This document shows positions 1 through 14,478 of a stretch of DNA of 64,000 nucleotides, in pieces. The first letter of the stretch is position 1. Each line of letters opens with the position of its first letter. The notes beneath the pieces are model-generated. The model was not told where the DNA came from. It saw only the letters and a program-made list of their open reading frames with translations, and ran no database searches. A program made the position numbers and the translations under genes. Source of the stretch: Narcine bancroftii (Eukaryota); the NCBI RefSeq assembly GCF_036971445.1, contig NC_091470.1, positions 310,496,001 through 310,560,000 on the forward strand, written 5' to 3'.

Positions 1-2800
1 CCTGTGCTCCCAGTCCACTCTGCCCAATTCCTCCCTCATCCTATGGTAGTCACCCCTGTTGAAGCATAATATATTAGTTTTAGATCTAACGATTTCCCCT
101 TCCATCTGAATGAGAAATTCAATTATACTATGATCGCTATTTCCCAGATGGTCTCTGACTATTACATCATTTACTCTACCTATCTCATTGCACAGCACGA
201 GATCCAGGAGAGCATTTTCTCTTGTGGGTTCCTTAACATGCTGCTCAAGAAAACTATCGCAGATGCATTCTATGAAGTCCTCTTCCAGACTCACACGACC
301 AACTTGATTTTCCCAATCTATGTGGAAGTTAAAGTCCCCCATGACAACTGCTGTATCGTTATTACATGCCTCACTTATCTCTCTATTTATTTCCTGTGCC
401 ACTAAACTATTGTTATATGGTGGGCGATAGATAACACCCACCAATATTTTTTCCCTTTGTTATTATTTATCTCTACCCAAATGGACTCAACATTAAGCTC
501 TTTAGATCTTATATCATTCCTCACTACTGCCTGGAGCTCATCTTTGATTAAAAGTGCAACTCCACCTCCCTTACCATCCTGTCTATCTCTTTGCACCACC
601 TGATACCCTTGAAAGTTTAATTCCCATTTAGGGTCACCTTGTAGCCATGTTTCCGTGATGGCTACCAAATCATAGGCATGGGTACCGATTTGCGCCTCAA
701 GTTCACTAACCTTATTTCTAATACTGCGGGCATTCAGATAAAATGCCCTTATGCTCTTTGTCCTTTTAATATCTAGTGACTTCTGTAACCTTTTCTTTAA
801 ACAATAGAGGTCCCAAAACTGATCACTGCAGAACCACTGGTCACAAGCCTCCACCCTGAATAACACCTTCCACCACTCTAATCCCATCTGTCTTGTATGG
901 TCAGCCAATTCTATATCCATCCTATCAACTTACTATGGATGCCATGCATCTGTACCTTCTGAATTAGTCTACCATGAATGTACTTGTCAAGCACGTATTT
1001 ATCCTTTCTTATATTTTCCCTGCCACTGATATCAGGCTTATTGGCCTAACATTTCCAGGATTATCTTTTTTCCCCTTCTTGAATAGATACAATATTAGCT
1101 GCTCTCTCCAATTCTCTGGAATGATAGAGAAGGTGGAAAGATCTTTGTCAAGGCCCCAGCCATCTCTTCACTTACCTCCTTCAATAATTGGGGATAAATC
1201 CCATCAGGCCCAGGGAACCTAACCACCTTAATACTTCTGAAAAGACCCAGTAGCTTAAGAAAACAAGTAATAGGAGCACGAATACACCATCTGGCCTTTC
1301 AGGTTTGTTCCACTGTTTAATAAGATCATGGCTAATCTGGCTGTGGACTAGAGTTCACTCCTCTGCCTTTTCCCCATGACCTTAAATTTATCTACTATTC
1401 AAAAATTGATCTAACTGTTTTTTAATATATATTTAATGAGGCAATCTCTCCCTGCTTCTTGAACAGAGAAATTCACATATTCAGTACTCTCTGGGAGAAG
1501 TAGTTCTTTCTCACCTCAGCCCTAAATCTACTCCCCCAAATCTTTTCAGGCTATGTCCTCCTCATTCTAGTCTCACCTATGGATGGAACAACTTTACTGC
1601 TTTTATCTTATCCATATCTTTCATAATATTTTATGTTTCTATAAGATCCCTTTTCTGTCCCTCCTCATAGGCTAACCCACTCATTTCTGAAATCAACCTG
1701 ATATATCTCCTCTACATTGTTTCCAAAGTCAGTATATCTTTTGTCATGTAAGGAGAGCAGAATTGTATGCAGTTTTCCAGATGTGATCTCACCAGTACCC
1801 TCTACAATTGCAGCTGAACCTCCTGCTTTTAAATTCAATCCTTCCAGCAAAGCCCAGCATTCTATTTGCCTTCTTGATACCTGTTGCACATGCAATCCAA
1901 TCTTATGTGATTCATCTACAAGAACTCCCAAGTCCCTCTGCCATTTAAATAGTAATGTTACGTATTATCTTCTCCTCCAAAGTGGATGACCTTGATGCAC
2001 TCAGTCTCAGACCCTTGCCACCCATTTAAGCTATTTGTATATCTTTGTAGACTCTCTGCATCCTCTGCACAATTTGCTTTTCAACCCAATCTAGTATCAT
2101 TAGTAAACTTAGATATGTTGCACTCAAACTCCTCTTCTGAATTATTAATATATATCATGAACAGTTGTGGGCCAAGCAACAACCCCTGTGACACTCCCCT
2201 CACCACTGCCAAGCAGAGAAACACCTGTTTATCCCAACTCTTGGCCTTCTATTAGTTAATCAATCCTCATTTCATGCTAATACATTACCCCAACTCCATT
2301 CCTTCATATCTTATGCAAAAGTCTTTTTTTTTTAACACCTTATTCTTTTTGAACAGTGGCAAAACATTTGCATACACTGTTTAAGCAAATATACCACTGT
2401 TTAAAAAAGGATGTAGGCAGAAGGCAGGTAACTCTTGAGACACCCTCTTTTTCAATCTTAAAATGCCCTATCACAAGAACATTCTCCAAATTATGATCCC
2501 TATTACTATCCAAGTCCTTCTGGGTAAACACCAATGCAAAGTACTCATATAGAACCTTACCCACTTCCTCTGACTCCAAGCATAAATTACTCGTTTGTCC
2601 TTGAATGGTCAATTGTGTACTTGCCTATTAACAGCTGCTCTCAGTTTACTCTGCTAACCCCTGTCTAATCATGTCATAATTTGCTCTCCCTCAACATAGA
2701 ACTTTTATACATGGTCCAAGCAAATGCTTGTTCATAAGATGTGTTGAGTCTTTGCCCTCTTCGAGCTTGAACTCTGGACTGCTGGATCCATGGCCCAGAA
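1..2800 (-). mobile_element. Several decayed CR1-type LINE fragments (APE endonuclease and RT portions)
   Basis: ORF 402-920 has the APE N-terminus (YLNARSIRNK, VAITETWL, GGGVALL). RT remnants lie at about 900-2340 and 2430-2800. Confidence 0.8.
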
Positions 2801-2819
2801 TTCTGGCTGCTACTCCAGT

Positions 2820-3665
2820 ATGTGGACAGTGAGGAAGATTTTCAAAGTTTGCAGAGGGATCTGAACTAACTGGGAGAATAGGGCAAAATGGCACATGGTG
2901 TTTAATACAGACAAATGTGAGGTGATGCATTTTGGAAGGGCAAACCAAGGTAGAACACACACAATAAATGGTGGGGCACTGAGGAGTGTAGAGGAGCAGA
3001 GAGATCTGGGAATAAAGATACATTGTTCCCTGAAGGGGGCGTCGCTCATGGACAGGGTTGTAAAGAAAGCTTTTGGCATCTTAGCCTTTATAAATCAAAG
3101 TATTGAACATAGGACTTGGGATGTTGAAGTTGTTTAAGACATTGGTGAGGCCAAATTTGGACTATTGTGTGTAGTTCTGGTCATCTAACTACAGGAAGGA
3201 TATCAATAAGATTGAGAGAGGGCAGAGAAGATTTACTAGGATGTTGCTAGGTCTTTAGGAGCTGAGTAACAGGGAAAGATTGAACAGGTTAGGTCTTTAT
3301 TCCTTGGAGTGAAGAAGAGTGAGGGGTGATTTGATGGGTGTTTTCAAGATTATGAGAGGTATGAACAGAGTGGATGCGAGTAGGCTTTTTCCACTTAGAT
3401 TTGGGGAGATAATTGGAAGAGGTCTTGGTTTTAAGCTGAAAGGGAAAATGTTCTTCACTCAGAGAGTGGTGGGAGTGTAGAATGGGCTGCCATCTGGTGT
3501 GAATGCGGGCTTGATCTTGAGTTTTATTGGATAGATACATGGATGGGTGAGGTCTGCAGTGTTATGGAGTGGGAGCAGGTCAGTGGGACTAGCGGAATAG
3601 TGGTCAGCACAGACTAGAGGGCTGAATGGACTTTTTTCAGTGCTATAGCGTTCTATGGTTCTAAA
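2820..3665 (+). mobile_element. CR1/HER1-like LINE 3' end
   Basis: FNTDKCEVMHFG and RDLGI...VVKKAFG motifs. Ends in a (ttctatgg)-type tail at about 3650. Confidence 0.88.
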
Positions 3666-4546
3666 ACTATCTTAAACTTAAAGAACAGTGATCAATATTT
3701 CTAAAAATGTTCTCCCACTGACACTCTGATCACCTGACTGAGCTCATTTGCCAATACAAGGTACAGGCCCCCTTCCTGGTTGAGCTACTTCCAAGCTGTT
3801 TCAAGAAACTCTCCTGAATGCACATAACAAATACTGTCCCCATCTCAGCCTCTGGCACTAAAGATGTCCCAATCAATATTGGGGAACAAAGTTTCCCACT
3901 ATTGGAAATTTGTTGCTTTTGAAATTTTCCATAATCTAACTGCATATCTGTTCCTGCACTTCCCAGTAGCTTTTGGGATGCCTCTACTATAGCTCTATCA
4001 GAGTGATTGCTCTTTTTTTTTCTGATTTCCACCCATGCTGCTTAAGTTGTTGACCAGAAAATCTGACTCAATCTTTACTGCTCAGATGAGACAACAAAGT
4101 TTGATCTCATTGCATCCAAATTATGCCAGTTATTTGATCAGCACATTCACTGGTAGCTGTAGATCCAACAGCGCAGTAGGAATATCTAACTTGGTGTCAA
4201 GGTCATGAAATGGCTGTCTCATTGCTTGGGAAAGATTGAGGACCATCAAAATGTATGTGATGTGATCTCATTGTCTACATTAATCTGCCCTGCATTGATG
4301 TATATATTGGAATAGGGTGATATGAAAAAGTGCAAGTTGCAAATCTGTGGAAAAAAAAATATCAACCTTTATAAATTTTTTTGTGTGGAGATTAAGTTCA
4401 AGTAGTCCAAAAGAGAATGTCAAATGTAGCGGCAGGTGGGGGGGAGGGGAATTCATCTGACACACTGTGATTGCTGTTTCTGAGGAATCTTGCATATTTA
4501 CAGAATTATTAATTTTAATCCAAATTGCAATGCTTTTGCTGTACAG

Positions 4547-4776
4547 TGGTTAGATGGAAAGGAAATCAGTCGTTCTGAACAAATCCAGGCATTGCAGGAT
4601 TTCCCAGTAGTACAACAACGCATATTAGAACAACAGGCAGCTTATATCCTGAAGCGGACCAAGGAAAAGGATCACCAGCAGAATTTCGAGGAGAAAGAGA
4701 TTAATGAGAAAAATGGAAAATGGAAGGAAAATCCCAACTCCAATGGACACTGCAGTCCTGAAATCCATAATGCCTT
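4547..4776 (+). CDS. DNAAF11: DNAAF11/LRRC6 internal coding exon (first in window; WLDGKEISRSEQIQALQDF...)
   Basis: Acceptor gtacAG ends at 4546 and donor GTGGGT starts at 4777. 230 bp, ends in phase 2. The peptide resembles the post-LRR (LRRCT) region of LRRC6 as I recall it (WLDGKEI..SE.I.ALQD). Confidence 0.9.
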
Positions 4777-5214
4777 GTGGGTGAAACAATATTTGCTATT
4801 TTTATGAAGAAAATGTATGTGTTTTTGTTCGAACCAGTGTGTTGTACAAATTGATACAATCATGGTGTTACCAATTTATGAAGGAAATGTTGTAACCTTG
4901 AAAATAAAGAGAGTCAGATAAAAATCAAGTTGAGATTGGGAAAGGAGAGAATGGAGCAAGAATAAAGGGAACTAGGTGTCAGACTACAGATGCTGGAATT
5001 TCAGGCCAAACACAATCTGCTGGAGTGGGTCAAGTAGTGCCATTGGGGGATAAAGAACAGTTGACATTTTGAGCCAAAAATTTTGTTAGAACTGATGACA
5101 CTTCATGATGCTGCTGAGTTTCAGCTCAGTATATCGAACATTCTTTTTTCCCCTGATGCATTCCTTTAAATTCCTTTGTTCTGATGCATTCCTTTGTCCT
5201 GATGCATTCCTTTA

Positions 5215-5465
5215 AATTTAAATATTAAATTTAGATATACAGCACAGTAACAGGCTTTTTTGACCCATGAGTCCGTGCTGCTCAATTTACACCCAATTAA
5301 CCTATGCCCCCAGTATGTTTTGAATGGTGGGAGGAAACCGGAGCCTCCGGAGAAAATCCATACAGCTGCAGGGATAATGTACCAACTCCTTACAGACAGC
5401 ATAGAATTCAAATCCGGTCCCGATGGTTGAAGCTGTAAAGGTGTTGCGCCAATCGTGCCTCCCCT
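5215..5465 (-). repeat. tRNA-derived SINE (HE1/V-SINE-like)
   Basis: ggaggaaaccggag...ctccttacagacagc core. A similar copy lies at about 50995-51200. Confidence 0.6.
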
Positions 5466-6718
5466 TGAGCAGATCATGTTTGGTATCAGGTTAGTTAATC
5501 TCTCAGCCTTTCTGTTCTTGCACTCCCTTACAATTATACTTTTTTAGTTTATTTCAACAATTCTTGAGATTTAGAATTGTGTGTAAAACATGGAATATTT
5601 ACTGTATCTTTAAAATATATTTATGGCCAAGAAAATGCACTGGCACCTTAAGTCCCTCCAAACTCCAAGAAAATCTAGCAACTCACCTACATCCCTTAAC
5701 AACTTCTACAAGTTTACCTTTAAAAGCATCCTATCAGGGTCTATGACCGCATGGTATAGGAAGTGTTCCACTCAAGATCACAAGAAACTGTAGAGGGTTG
5801 TGAGTGAGGGTCAGCCCATTACATGTACTGCACTTCGTTCCATCAACACCATCTATACCTTCTGCTGCCTTGAAATGGCAGCCAACATATTAAAAGATCC
5901 ACCCCAGCCACAATATCTTCAACCCCCTCCATCAAAAATGTACAGAAATATGAAATCATGCACCACAAGATTCAAGGATGGTTTATTTTCTGCTGTTATC
6001 AGCCTTTTGAATGAGCCCCAAAATAGTACGTTTTTATACTACCTTTGATCCCTACCAACTGATCTCTATAATACTGCATTGTTTTTACTGTTTCATACTT
6101 GCATTATGTATGAAAATGTCTACTAGTCTTCTTGCAAAGTAACCTGTATCATTGCATTTTTTGATGCATTTGAGAATAAAAATAAATTGAAATATGTTGG
6201 AAACATTTCAAGGAGGAAAGCAATCCATTATGCACCCTAAATCTTGGCTCCTGTAGATGAATAATCAAGATCACTTTTGCACTTGTAAAATTTGAATGTT
6301 GTCATTCTGGGAACTGTGATAATTTAGTGTCCTTGAAACTATTTGCCTTGGACTGTCTGATTTACTTGACTTTTGGATTATTAATGCATAAGCATTAATA
6401 ATTTATTTTTTGACATGTCGCACCATGGTATGAAACGTTTTAAGTGAGTTTAAAGAGAAGTGTGGCCCTGATGAGTTTGAGTGTTAAAATGGAGATTTAG
6501 TGAGTTTAAAAGGAGGCGTGGGAAACAGAACCAGATGAGCAAGATTCTAAATCATAGTGATTTTAAAGTTGTGATAATTTGGAATGAAAAAAAATATCAG
6601 ATTGCATACATCTCTCCTCAAGACTTTAATAACAAAAATATCAGAACATCTATTTGTGCTTTCTTGTTGAAGATGCTTTTGTGTTTATTTATTGTTTCAC
6701 ATTTTCCCTTTTGGTAAG

Positions 6719-6904
6719 ACCTGCCCAAGGAAAGAACATAGGAAGCAAGCAATTCAACAGAAAAGATGATGAAGGCCTGAGAGAAGCAAATGAAGATGAG
6801 GTGAATAGAAAATTCTGGGAGGAGCCTTCATATTACACACCTGAGTCAAGACTGGAAACCCATCGATATATTGAGAAGATGAGAAAATCTAAAGAGAAGG
6901 ACAA
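6719..6904 (+). CDS. DNAAF11: DNAAF11 exon (PAQGKNIG...FWEEPSYYTPESRLETHRYIEK)
   Basis: Polypyrimidine tract with AG at 6717-6718 and GTAAAA at 6905. In phase with the neighbouring exons. The FW..P...TPESRLE motif is typical of LRRC6. Confidence 0.9.
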
Positions 6905-8004
6905 GTAAAATTATTATAAGTAAATAAATTAATATTGAAAACAAACAATGAAAATTCTTAATTATTTTAAGTTGAAAAATTACAGCTGGAAATGTTTATA
7001 AACTCCAAATGTCTTCTTTGATTAACTTGAGCTTTGCATGTTTGTCTCCATGTTCCTGTTTTTGTATCCAATATGGTTCTTCTATCAACTTATCGTATTT
7101 AAAGGCGTATAGAACTCACTGGCATAGAAACCCTCCCTCCCCCATTTTTAGCATGAGATTTCAGGAAAATTGTTTTAGTGTATTACCTTCACTCACCTTG
7201 ATGGAAACCCTCCAGCTTTGCATGGCCGAAATGCTGAAACCTCCTCGCACACGAGCAACACATCCTTCTGTCTGTCGCACACTGAGGCTCAGCCTACTTC
7301 CCCCCCATCATACAAATGCTGAATGATTGATAGATACACTGGGACCACGAGGGCAGAAGGGGGAGAATCTCGGGCAACAGGCAGGGTCCAGGGAGCAAAC
7401 AATAGATTGCTGGCTTTGAGGGAAGCACTGAACCTCAGTGATCAGGCTCCACACTGAGCCTTTGCTCTACAGGCTGCTCGCTCACTGTCACCCGCCCCAT
7501 GCCTCATTCAATTTGCTCGGGGGCCATTCTCATTGAACAAAGCCTGATCATCGAGGCCCAGTACACCCCTCAAAACACTATGGGAGAGAGCAAGCGGGGG
7601 AAGTGAGCAGTGGTGGTGACTCTGGAAAGCATGGGCAACCTCAGGAAAGATGGTCTGTGAAGCTGCAGCACCACCATGGGCTTCTTGAAGCTGGGTGAGT
7701 AGTTTGAACGCTTTACTCCTTTTGCCATCTTGCGAAGGAAAGCCTCGACTACGTTTGTATTTTTGTACCCAAAATGGTAGCATCAACATGTTATCTTCGT
7801 GTATAGGACCTGGAGTGATTTTTGGGGTAATATATGCCATTAAATATGGTACCTCTTGATTACTGGATGTTTAATGGACACCATTTGGCTTCCAAAACCT
7901 ACCTATGGAGCAATTATTTGTGTGAATATAGGTACAACATTCCGGTAAAATATTTTCTGACAGGTGAGCCTTACCTGAGTCTGATACTGCCTCAACTTAC
8001 TACT

Positions 8005-8666
8005 AGCTTGTTTCACACTTGCAAAAGGTCCCAGGAATTAATGGCCAATCAGCCTAAAAAGGGTCTGGTGTGGAATGAAAATTGTCTCAATGCCCAGTAC
8101 AATTCCCGGCATGTGCAGATGCCAGCATTGCAATCAGGCAAGTGTAAAATGGGCAATTGAATTTTAGGACAGAAATGACCCAAGTTTTTGCATGAGTGCA
8201 GGAACGTGAAAGAAGAAAAGATTAAAATGAAGGAATAAACTTTGCCATGGGAAAGTTGCAGTGGGAGAGAAAGAGAGAGAGGTCTTTATAAATTCTGTGC
8301 TGTAGTGCTACCAACTTTCCCACACTGTTTAAAAATTGACTGCAATTGCTATTTATTGCTAGCACTTTCCTCTCTCTCTCCTGCTATGATTTTCCCACAC
8401 CAAAGTTTATACCTTAATTTTAATCTTTTCTTCCTTCACATTCTTGCACTCATACAAAAACTTGGGTCATTTCTGTCCTAGAATGCAATGTCCCATTCTA
8501 CACTTGCCTGGTTGCAATGCTGGCATCTGCAGATGATGGGGATTGTACTATGGCTCAAGGTAGTCTATTTCACATTTGCATTGAGATGATTTTCATTTCA
8601 CACTAGAACCTTTTTAGGCCAATTGGCCATTAATTCCTGGAACGACTTGCAATTGTGAAAGGGACT
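8005..8666. mobile_element. Palindromic (foldback) MITE-like non-autonomous DNA transposon
   Basis: About 8005-8095 pairs with about 8575-8666, and about 8114-8260 pairs with about 8390-8531, as reverse complements. Confidence 0.75.
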
Positions 8667-9832
8667 CCCTACTTAAAACAATGTTGTCAGCTGACGCCTG
8701 CGTGCCAATTAAACCATAAATTAAAACATAAAGATGCCTATCCTTTTATCCAGGATTTTTGGACCAGACACCTGCCATTATTTGGAATCTTTGCAGTCCA
8801 TTGCCCCTGGCTGCCTGTCGTCCCTGTCCCCAGCCAGCTGTCACCACTTTCATCCCACACCACATCCTCTCCCCCAAAAGAGGTGAGCGCAGACGGATTT
8901 CAGGTGCTCCACCAGCTGGTCTGGCCAGCCCTCAGGAACACCCTGACACCAGTGCAGTTCCAGCTGCGTGGGGGTTTATGGGTAAGGAAGACAGCCATTT
9001 CCCCCTCATTGAGCCATCGCTGCAATCCAGTGCGGCACTCCATAACCTCCCAGCTCAGCAGCACTGCATCCCTGATGGTAGGGACAATGGATGGTGCTGC
9101 TCTGCTGGGGTTTGCCTGAGTGCTGGCCTGACAAGCAATCCCCCACCTCTACATTCAGACGGGGCTCTAGGAGGGGTGGAGGGGGCAATGGATGGATGGC
9201 GAAGATTCCCAACAACGGCAGGTGATCGGTCCTGATGATCCTGAATAAAAGCTTAGGCACATGAATTGTTGAAGGTAGACTCCAATCCCCGGGGATGAGT
9301 TGTGTTCAGTGGAAAAGCAGTCAGTGTCCCAGTTAAAAGTGGCCCAGTAGAAACAGCACAAACAGCTTTCTATCCTGGGACACTGCATAGCTAATTAACT
9401 GGGATGCTAGTGAAAAAAGGGTTGGTATTTTATGTTTAGTAACACCAATCCTCCCTATATATTAATGGCTTAAATATATGCATGCAGAGGCATCCTCCAA
9501 TTTGAATCACAACACAGAGTGGTGAGCACAACTGGTCTGGTTTTCCCCTTTCTGTGTTATATTTGATTTCTGATAATTGGCATTTCATCTTAACTCCATA
9601 ATAGAGATTCTTATTGTTAATATCTGTACTGTTTCCCAACACATGATGTGTATGCTCACCAAAGACAACTAGGATTTAATTAAGACCTGCTGGTGCAGTA
9701 CATAGTGTAAGTTTCCAATATCAGAGAGAGTGGAAGAAATCAAAGGATAAAATCAACATCAACATTGTAGAATTTTGGTTTTGAAAGCAGTTTGTTTAAT
9801 AGGATATATAAGTTTTATTATTTTCTTTGCAG

Positions 9833-9907
9833 AAATCCTAGAAAACAAAAACCACACCAAGTACTAATAACTTCTGAAGGAAGAGTCCTTAATGTTAATG
9901 AGCCTAA
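9833..9907 (+). CDS. DNAAF11: DNAAF11 exon (NPRKQKPHQVLITSEGRVLNVNEPK)
   Basis: ttttctttgcAG acceptor and GTAAGT donor. 75 bp, phase 2-2. Contains the LNVNEPK motif. Confidence 0.93.
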
Positions 9908-11189
9908 GTAAGTGACACAATTATTTGGTTGTCAGACTACGACCTCTTTTATACGTGGTATGATTGTATATTAATATTACTGTAACTGCTTTAATTCACA
10001 ATAACTGACAAGTTACCAATAAAATAGTTTGAACACTCAAAATGGTTCATATTTTAAAAAGCAAGGAAGAATTATAGAATTTATTGATAAATCTTTAGCA
10101 GTCCCTTTTAATACTTAATTTCATGAAGAAATAGTTTGCATCTTGTATTAGAACCAAAATAAAATGAAGAATTTGATCTACCAGTATCTTTACAGTGTTA
10201 TTAAAAGTTGTGTGCTTAGTGAAATAGAACATGATTCGGTTTGCAAAGGAAGATTCTAATAACTTGTAGAACTGCAAGAGTATGGCCTCCAGGTAGCATA
10301 GAATCCAGAATTTTCTAAAATAAAACATGAATAATAAAGTAATCACATTATTGTCTAGGGAAATTTTAACTGACTGCTATAGTTATAGAAGAGAAAGCTG
10401 AGACTGTAGTTCTTGAAAATTACTATTTATTAACAGGTTGGATCCTATATCAAATTATGACACTATTCGGGCAGAGTAAATTAATAGTTTAGCAAGGAAT
10501 CCCAAGGCTTGAAGTAATAATCTTGATTTCACTTCACCAGATTTATATTTTTCTAAACTTATCAAGTAAACAATCTGGATTTTTAAAAAAAACCTCTATT
10601 ATGGTGACCATGAAACAACCAGATTGTCATTGAAAACCCATGGTGTTTACTTTGTCCTTTTGGGGAGGAAGTCTACAGGCTTTGCGTTGTCTGTCCAAAT
10701 ATGTAACATGGATATTCTTAGGTAACCTTTGAAATGATCCAACACTGAATTTATTAATGTTACCCCAGAAAAAAGGAATTAAATTGGATGGACCTCCCAG
10801 ACTCTAGATTTGACCCTGGGATTTAACAATTGCTGTGATCGTCCTCTATTATCTCAGTAGAGCAACACAAGCACTTTTTAAAAAGTTTATTAAAATTAAA
10901 TAGCACTACAGTTAATATGAAGTAAAATACAATATAATAAATCATATAACATGAAGCTAGAACACAATAATATTAGTGATTAAGAACAGTTGCAAGCTAT
11001 AATAAAATATTTGCAGATAGTTGGATAAGGTGGGCTTCCCTGTGGGCTCAGCACCTGCAGTTATGGCCTGAGGGCCTCTGGTTTCTAAAGCATTTGGGTC
11101 TTGGGGTCAAGGTGGTGTGATTCAGAGCAGACCTGCTGATAATAGGGGGGATATAAGTGGTTACTTTGGAAGAGATAGCATCATCATAC

Positions 11190-11735
11190 TGTACTGTGTA
11201 CAGTTTTGGTCACCAAATTATAGGAAAGATATAAACAAAATAGAGAGAGTGCAAAGAAGGTTCACGAGAATGTTGACAGGATTTCAAGGTTTAAGTTACA
11301 GGGAAAGGTTGTGCAGTCTGGGGCTTTTTTCTCTGGAGCGTAGAAGATTGAGAGGGGACTTGATAGAGGAGTTTAAGATTTTAAAAGGGACAGAGTAAAA
11401 GTAGATAAGCTTTTTCAATTAAGAGTGGGGGAGATTTAAACTAGAGGGGATGGTTTAAGATTGAAGGGGGAAAATTATAAGGGGAACATGAGGGGAAATT
11501 TCTTTACGCAAAGGGTGGTATGGATGTGGAATGAGCTTCCGACAGACGTGGTCGAGGCGGGATCATTGGTTACATTTAAGGAAAGACTGGATAGTTACAT
11601 GGATAGGAGAGTACTGGAGGGGTATGGACCGGGTGCTGGTCAATGGGACGAGGAGGGTGGGTATTTGTTACGGCATGGACTAGTAGGGCCGAACTGGCCT
11701 GTTCTGTGCTGTAAGTGGTTATATGGTTATATGAT
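11190..11735 (+). mobile_element. CR1 LINE 3' end
   Basis: YCVQFWSP...IERVQRRFTRM...SLERRRLRGDLI and FFTQRVV.MWN.LP motifs. (gttatatg) tail. Confidence 0.9.
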
Positions 11736-12749
11736 CTTACACCATTCACTGTCTCTGAAGGGACTTTGCACTTTTCTGCCTCATTTCTCCCCTCTGTTTT
11801 CTTTCCATTTCCTTCCTTCCTTGTCTTTTCTCCTTTATCCTTTTTTCTATTTTTCTTTCCTTTTTCTCTTTATTTTTTGCAGTATGGAATCAAAGTGTGT
11901 TGACTCTTTGCTATCTTTTGAATGGCATGCAACTGAAATCTCAATACATGTAGCAATAATAATCTAAAGCTATCTGCTGCCGTAGCCTTGGAACTCTGAT
12001 TTTACAGATCCAATTCAACTACCATGTATTTAGCTCTAACTCTGATTCTAGGCACCACCCACCCTATTGTTGGTTCTAATTGTGAAAATTTAATTTGACT
12101 TGTCTACAGTTTCAAACTGCCAAAGTTTACCCTAACGGAAGAGTCATGTTTGTAACAATTTCAAAACCCATCCTTTTGATATTGCATCTTCATATCCAGT
12201 TTATTCCTTGCAAGTCTATGCATTACTTAATTGATTTTCACAATTTTTTAAATTGAATAGAGTTCCTTACAATGCTCCTAAGGCACTGAAATTCTGCAAT
12301 TATTCAGATGGTGGAGACAACATACAGCCTAAATTGCATCCTTGAGTTAATCTTGTTTGTAGCATCTTACGCTTGCAGCCTGTCTTCAAAAATTATTTTA
12401 GAAAGGTCATGTGGTCTCACAGTATGATGGGTTGGATTTTGGTTAACTGTAATTGATGATGGTCAATTAATAGTGAAATAAATATCTTGCTGAAGGCACT
12501 AATTAATGTCATTCCATTGTTGTGACTGATCTTATGACTTCTAATGACAATAGTTGGTTGTAACTTGACTTGTCCATTAACTTTTGCTGTATCTATTACT
12601 TGTCATCGTTTCTTTATTTTTGCTGTATGTAATAAACAGATTAAATGATTATTTAGATTGTGGCAAATATGTAACAGAAGCTACGTCTGTGTTTTTACAA
12701 CAGTAGTCCACCAGCTCCACAGTTGTTGCCACAATCGGCTAACCTGCTC

Positions 12750-13950
12750 TTTTCTGGAATCAACCTGGGGAATATCCTCTGCACTGCCCCTTGAGTCAAT
12801 ATTTTTTTCTCAATATACATTTAGCATTCTACATGTGGCCTCAGCAGTACCCTCTACAGTTGCAGCAGAACCTCCCTGTTCACAAATCCAATCCCTCTAG
12901 CAATGAAGGCCAGCATTCCATTTGCAAACTAATCCTTTGCAATTCATGCACAAGTACTCCCAAGTCCCTCTTCTCAACAATGTACTGCAATTTTTCATCC
13001 TTTAAATAATTTTATCTACTATTTTATCACCAACATTGCATTCCATTTGCCAGACCCTTGCCCAGTTTCTTAACCTACCCATAGCCCTCTACAGCCTCTC
13101 TGCACAATTTGCTTTCCATCCAATGTCATGTCATCAGCAAACTGAGATACTCTACACTTGGTCCCCTCTTCCAAATCAATCATGTATATCATGAACAACA
13201 CTGATCCTTACGACACCCCACTAACCACTGATTGCAAGCAGAGAAACATCCATTTATCCCAACTCTCAGCCTTCTTTTGATTAACCAAACCTCGATCCAT
13301 GCTAATAGATCAGGCCAACACTATGCATTCTTATCCTATGCGGCACCTTATCTCACGCCTTCTAGAAATCCAACTATTAGGTGTCCAACTGTTCTCTGTC
13401 CAATGTGATCATTGTATCCTCAAAACCTCCAGTAAATTTGTCAAACAGGACCTGGCCTTTCTGAATACTTGCTGCACCTGCCTGATATCCAGATGTCTTG
13501 CTGTTTTCTCCACTATATACATTGAGCTAACTGGCCTATTTACCTGCCTTTCACCGACATCATTTTTTAAAACAGTGACTGACATTCCTGTCTTCCAATC
13601 TGCCAAGACCTGTTCAGAGTCCAGAGAATTTCGGTAAATTATTAAAAAAGCCTCTTCATTACTTCCACAATTTCAATCAGTACCTTTGATGCATTACCTG
13701 ATATTGTGATAGTGATTGTAATATCACATCCATAACATCTTTCTTTGACATGTTTGATGTGCCTTTCACCAAGAAGGCCCACTCAAAATAATCATTCAAA
13801 GTCTCAGCCTTTTCCCATTACCCAAAATTAATTCCCCCTTCTCATCTTTAAAGGGACCTACATTTACCCACCCATTTCTTTAAAAAAATTACAACTCTTA
13901 CAATCTATTGCTATATTTTTTGCTAGTTTACCCAATCTTCCATTTTCCCG
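12750..13950 (-). mobile_element. Old CR1 LINE RT fragment
   Basis: Degenerate DWKT..V..RPVS and SCLTNLLE motifs (ORF 13409-13606). Confidence 0.7.
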
Positions 13951-14478
13951 ACTTTGTACGCATGAGCTTTTAGTTCAATATCAAATCATGCACAGAAACT
14001 AATAATACGAGAGAAAGAAGAGACAAAGAAAAGAAAATGGAGCATTTTAAAATTATTCCAGCATTCTTTGCGCATGTACATTTATATTTTAAATGCAAGA
14101 GAGTTATTTAAATTATTAGCAAATGTTTCATTAAAAATGAAATCCTTGCAGGAACTTTTTCTGGAATGAGTTTAATGGATATACTGCATAGTCATCCTAT
14201 ATATTTCACTGTCAGATGTCTCATTAATAACCAAAGATAAAGGATAATAAGCAAGGCAACTTGGGTAGATAAAACTTTTTAACTTAATTTTGTAATTAGG
14301 TCTGTTTGATTTGTTCCTTGACAGCCTTAATGTGGCTTTTAACAAAATCCAGTCCATTGCATTAATCACATTCCAAATTGACTAATTATTGTCAGTGTCC
14401 TTCTTTAAAGTCTTGCTCCACTTTAAAAAAAAAGTCGTATTGTATGCATAGAAATCGGTCTTTGATTTTTCTCCATAG

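Noticed and set aside
8655-9260. Overlapping 154-aa and 158-aa ORFs as a nested gene
   Set aside because: They lie in GC-rich repeat-like sequence with few stops, have no recognisable motifs and show no splice context.
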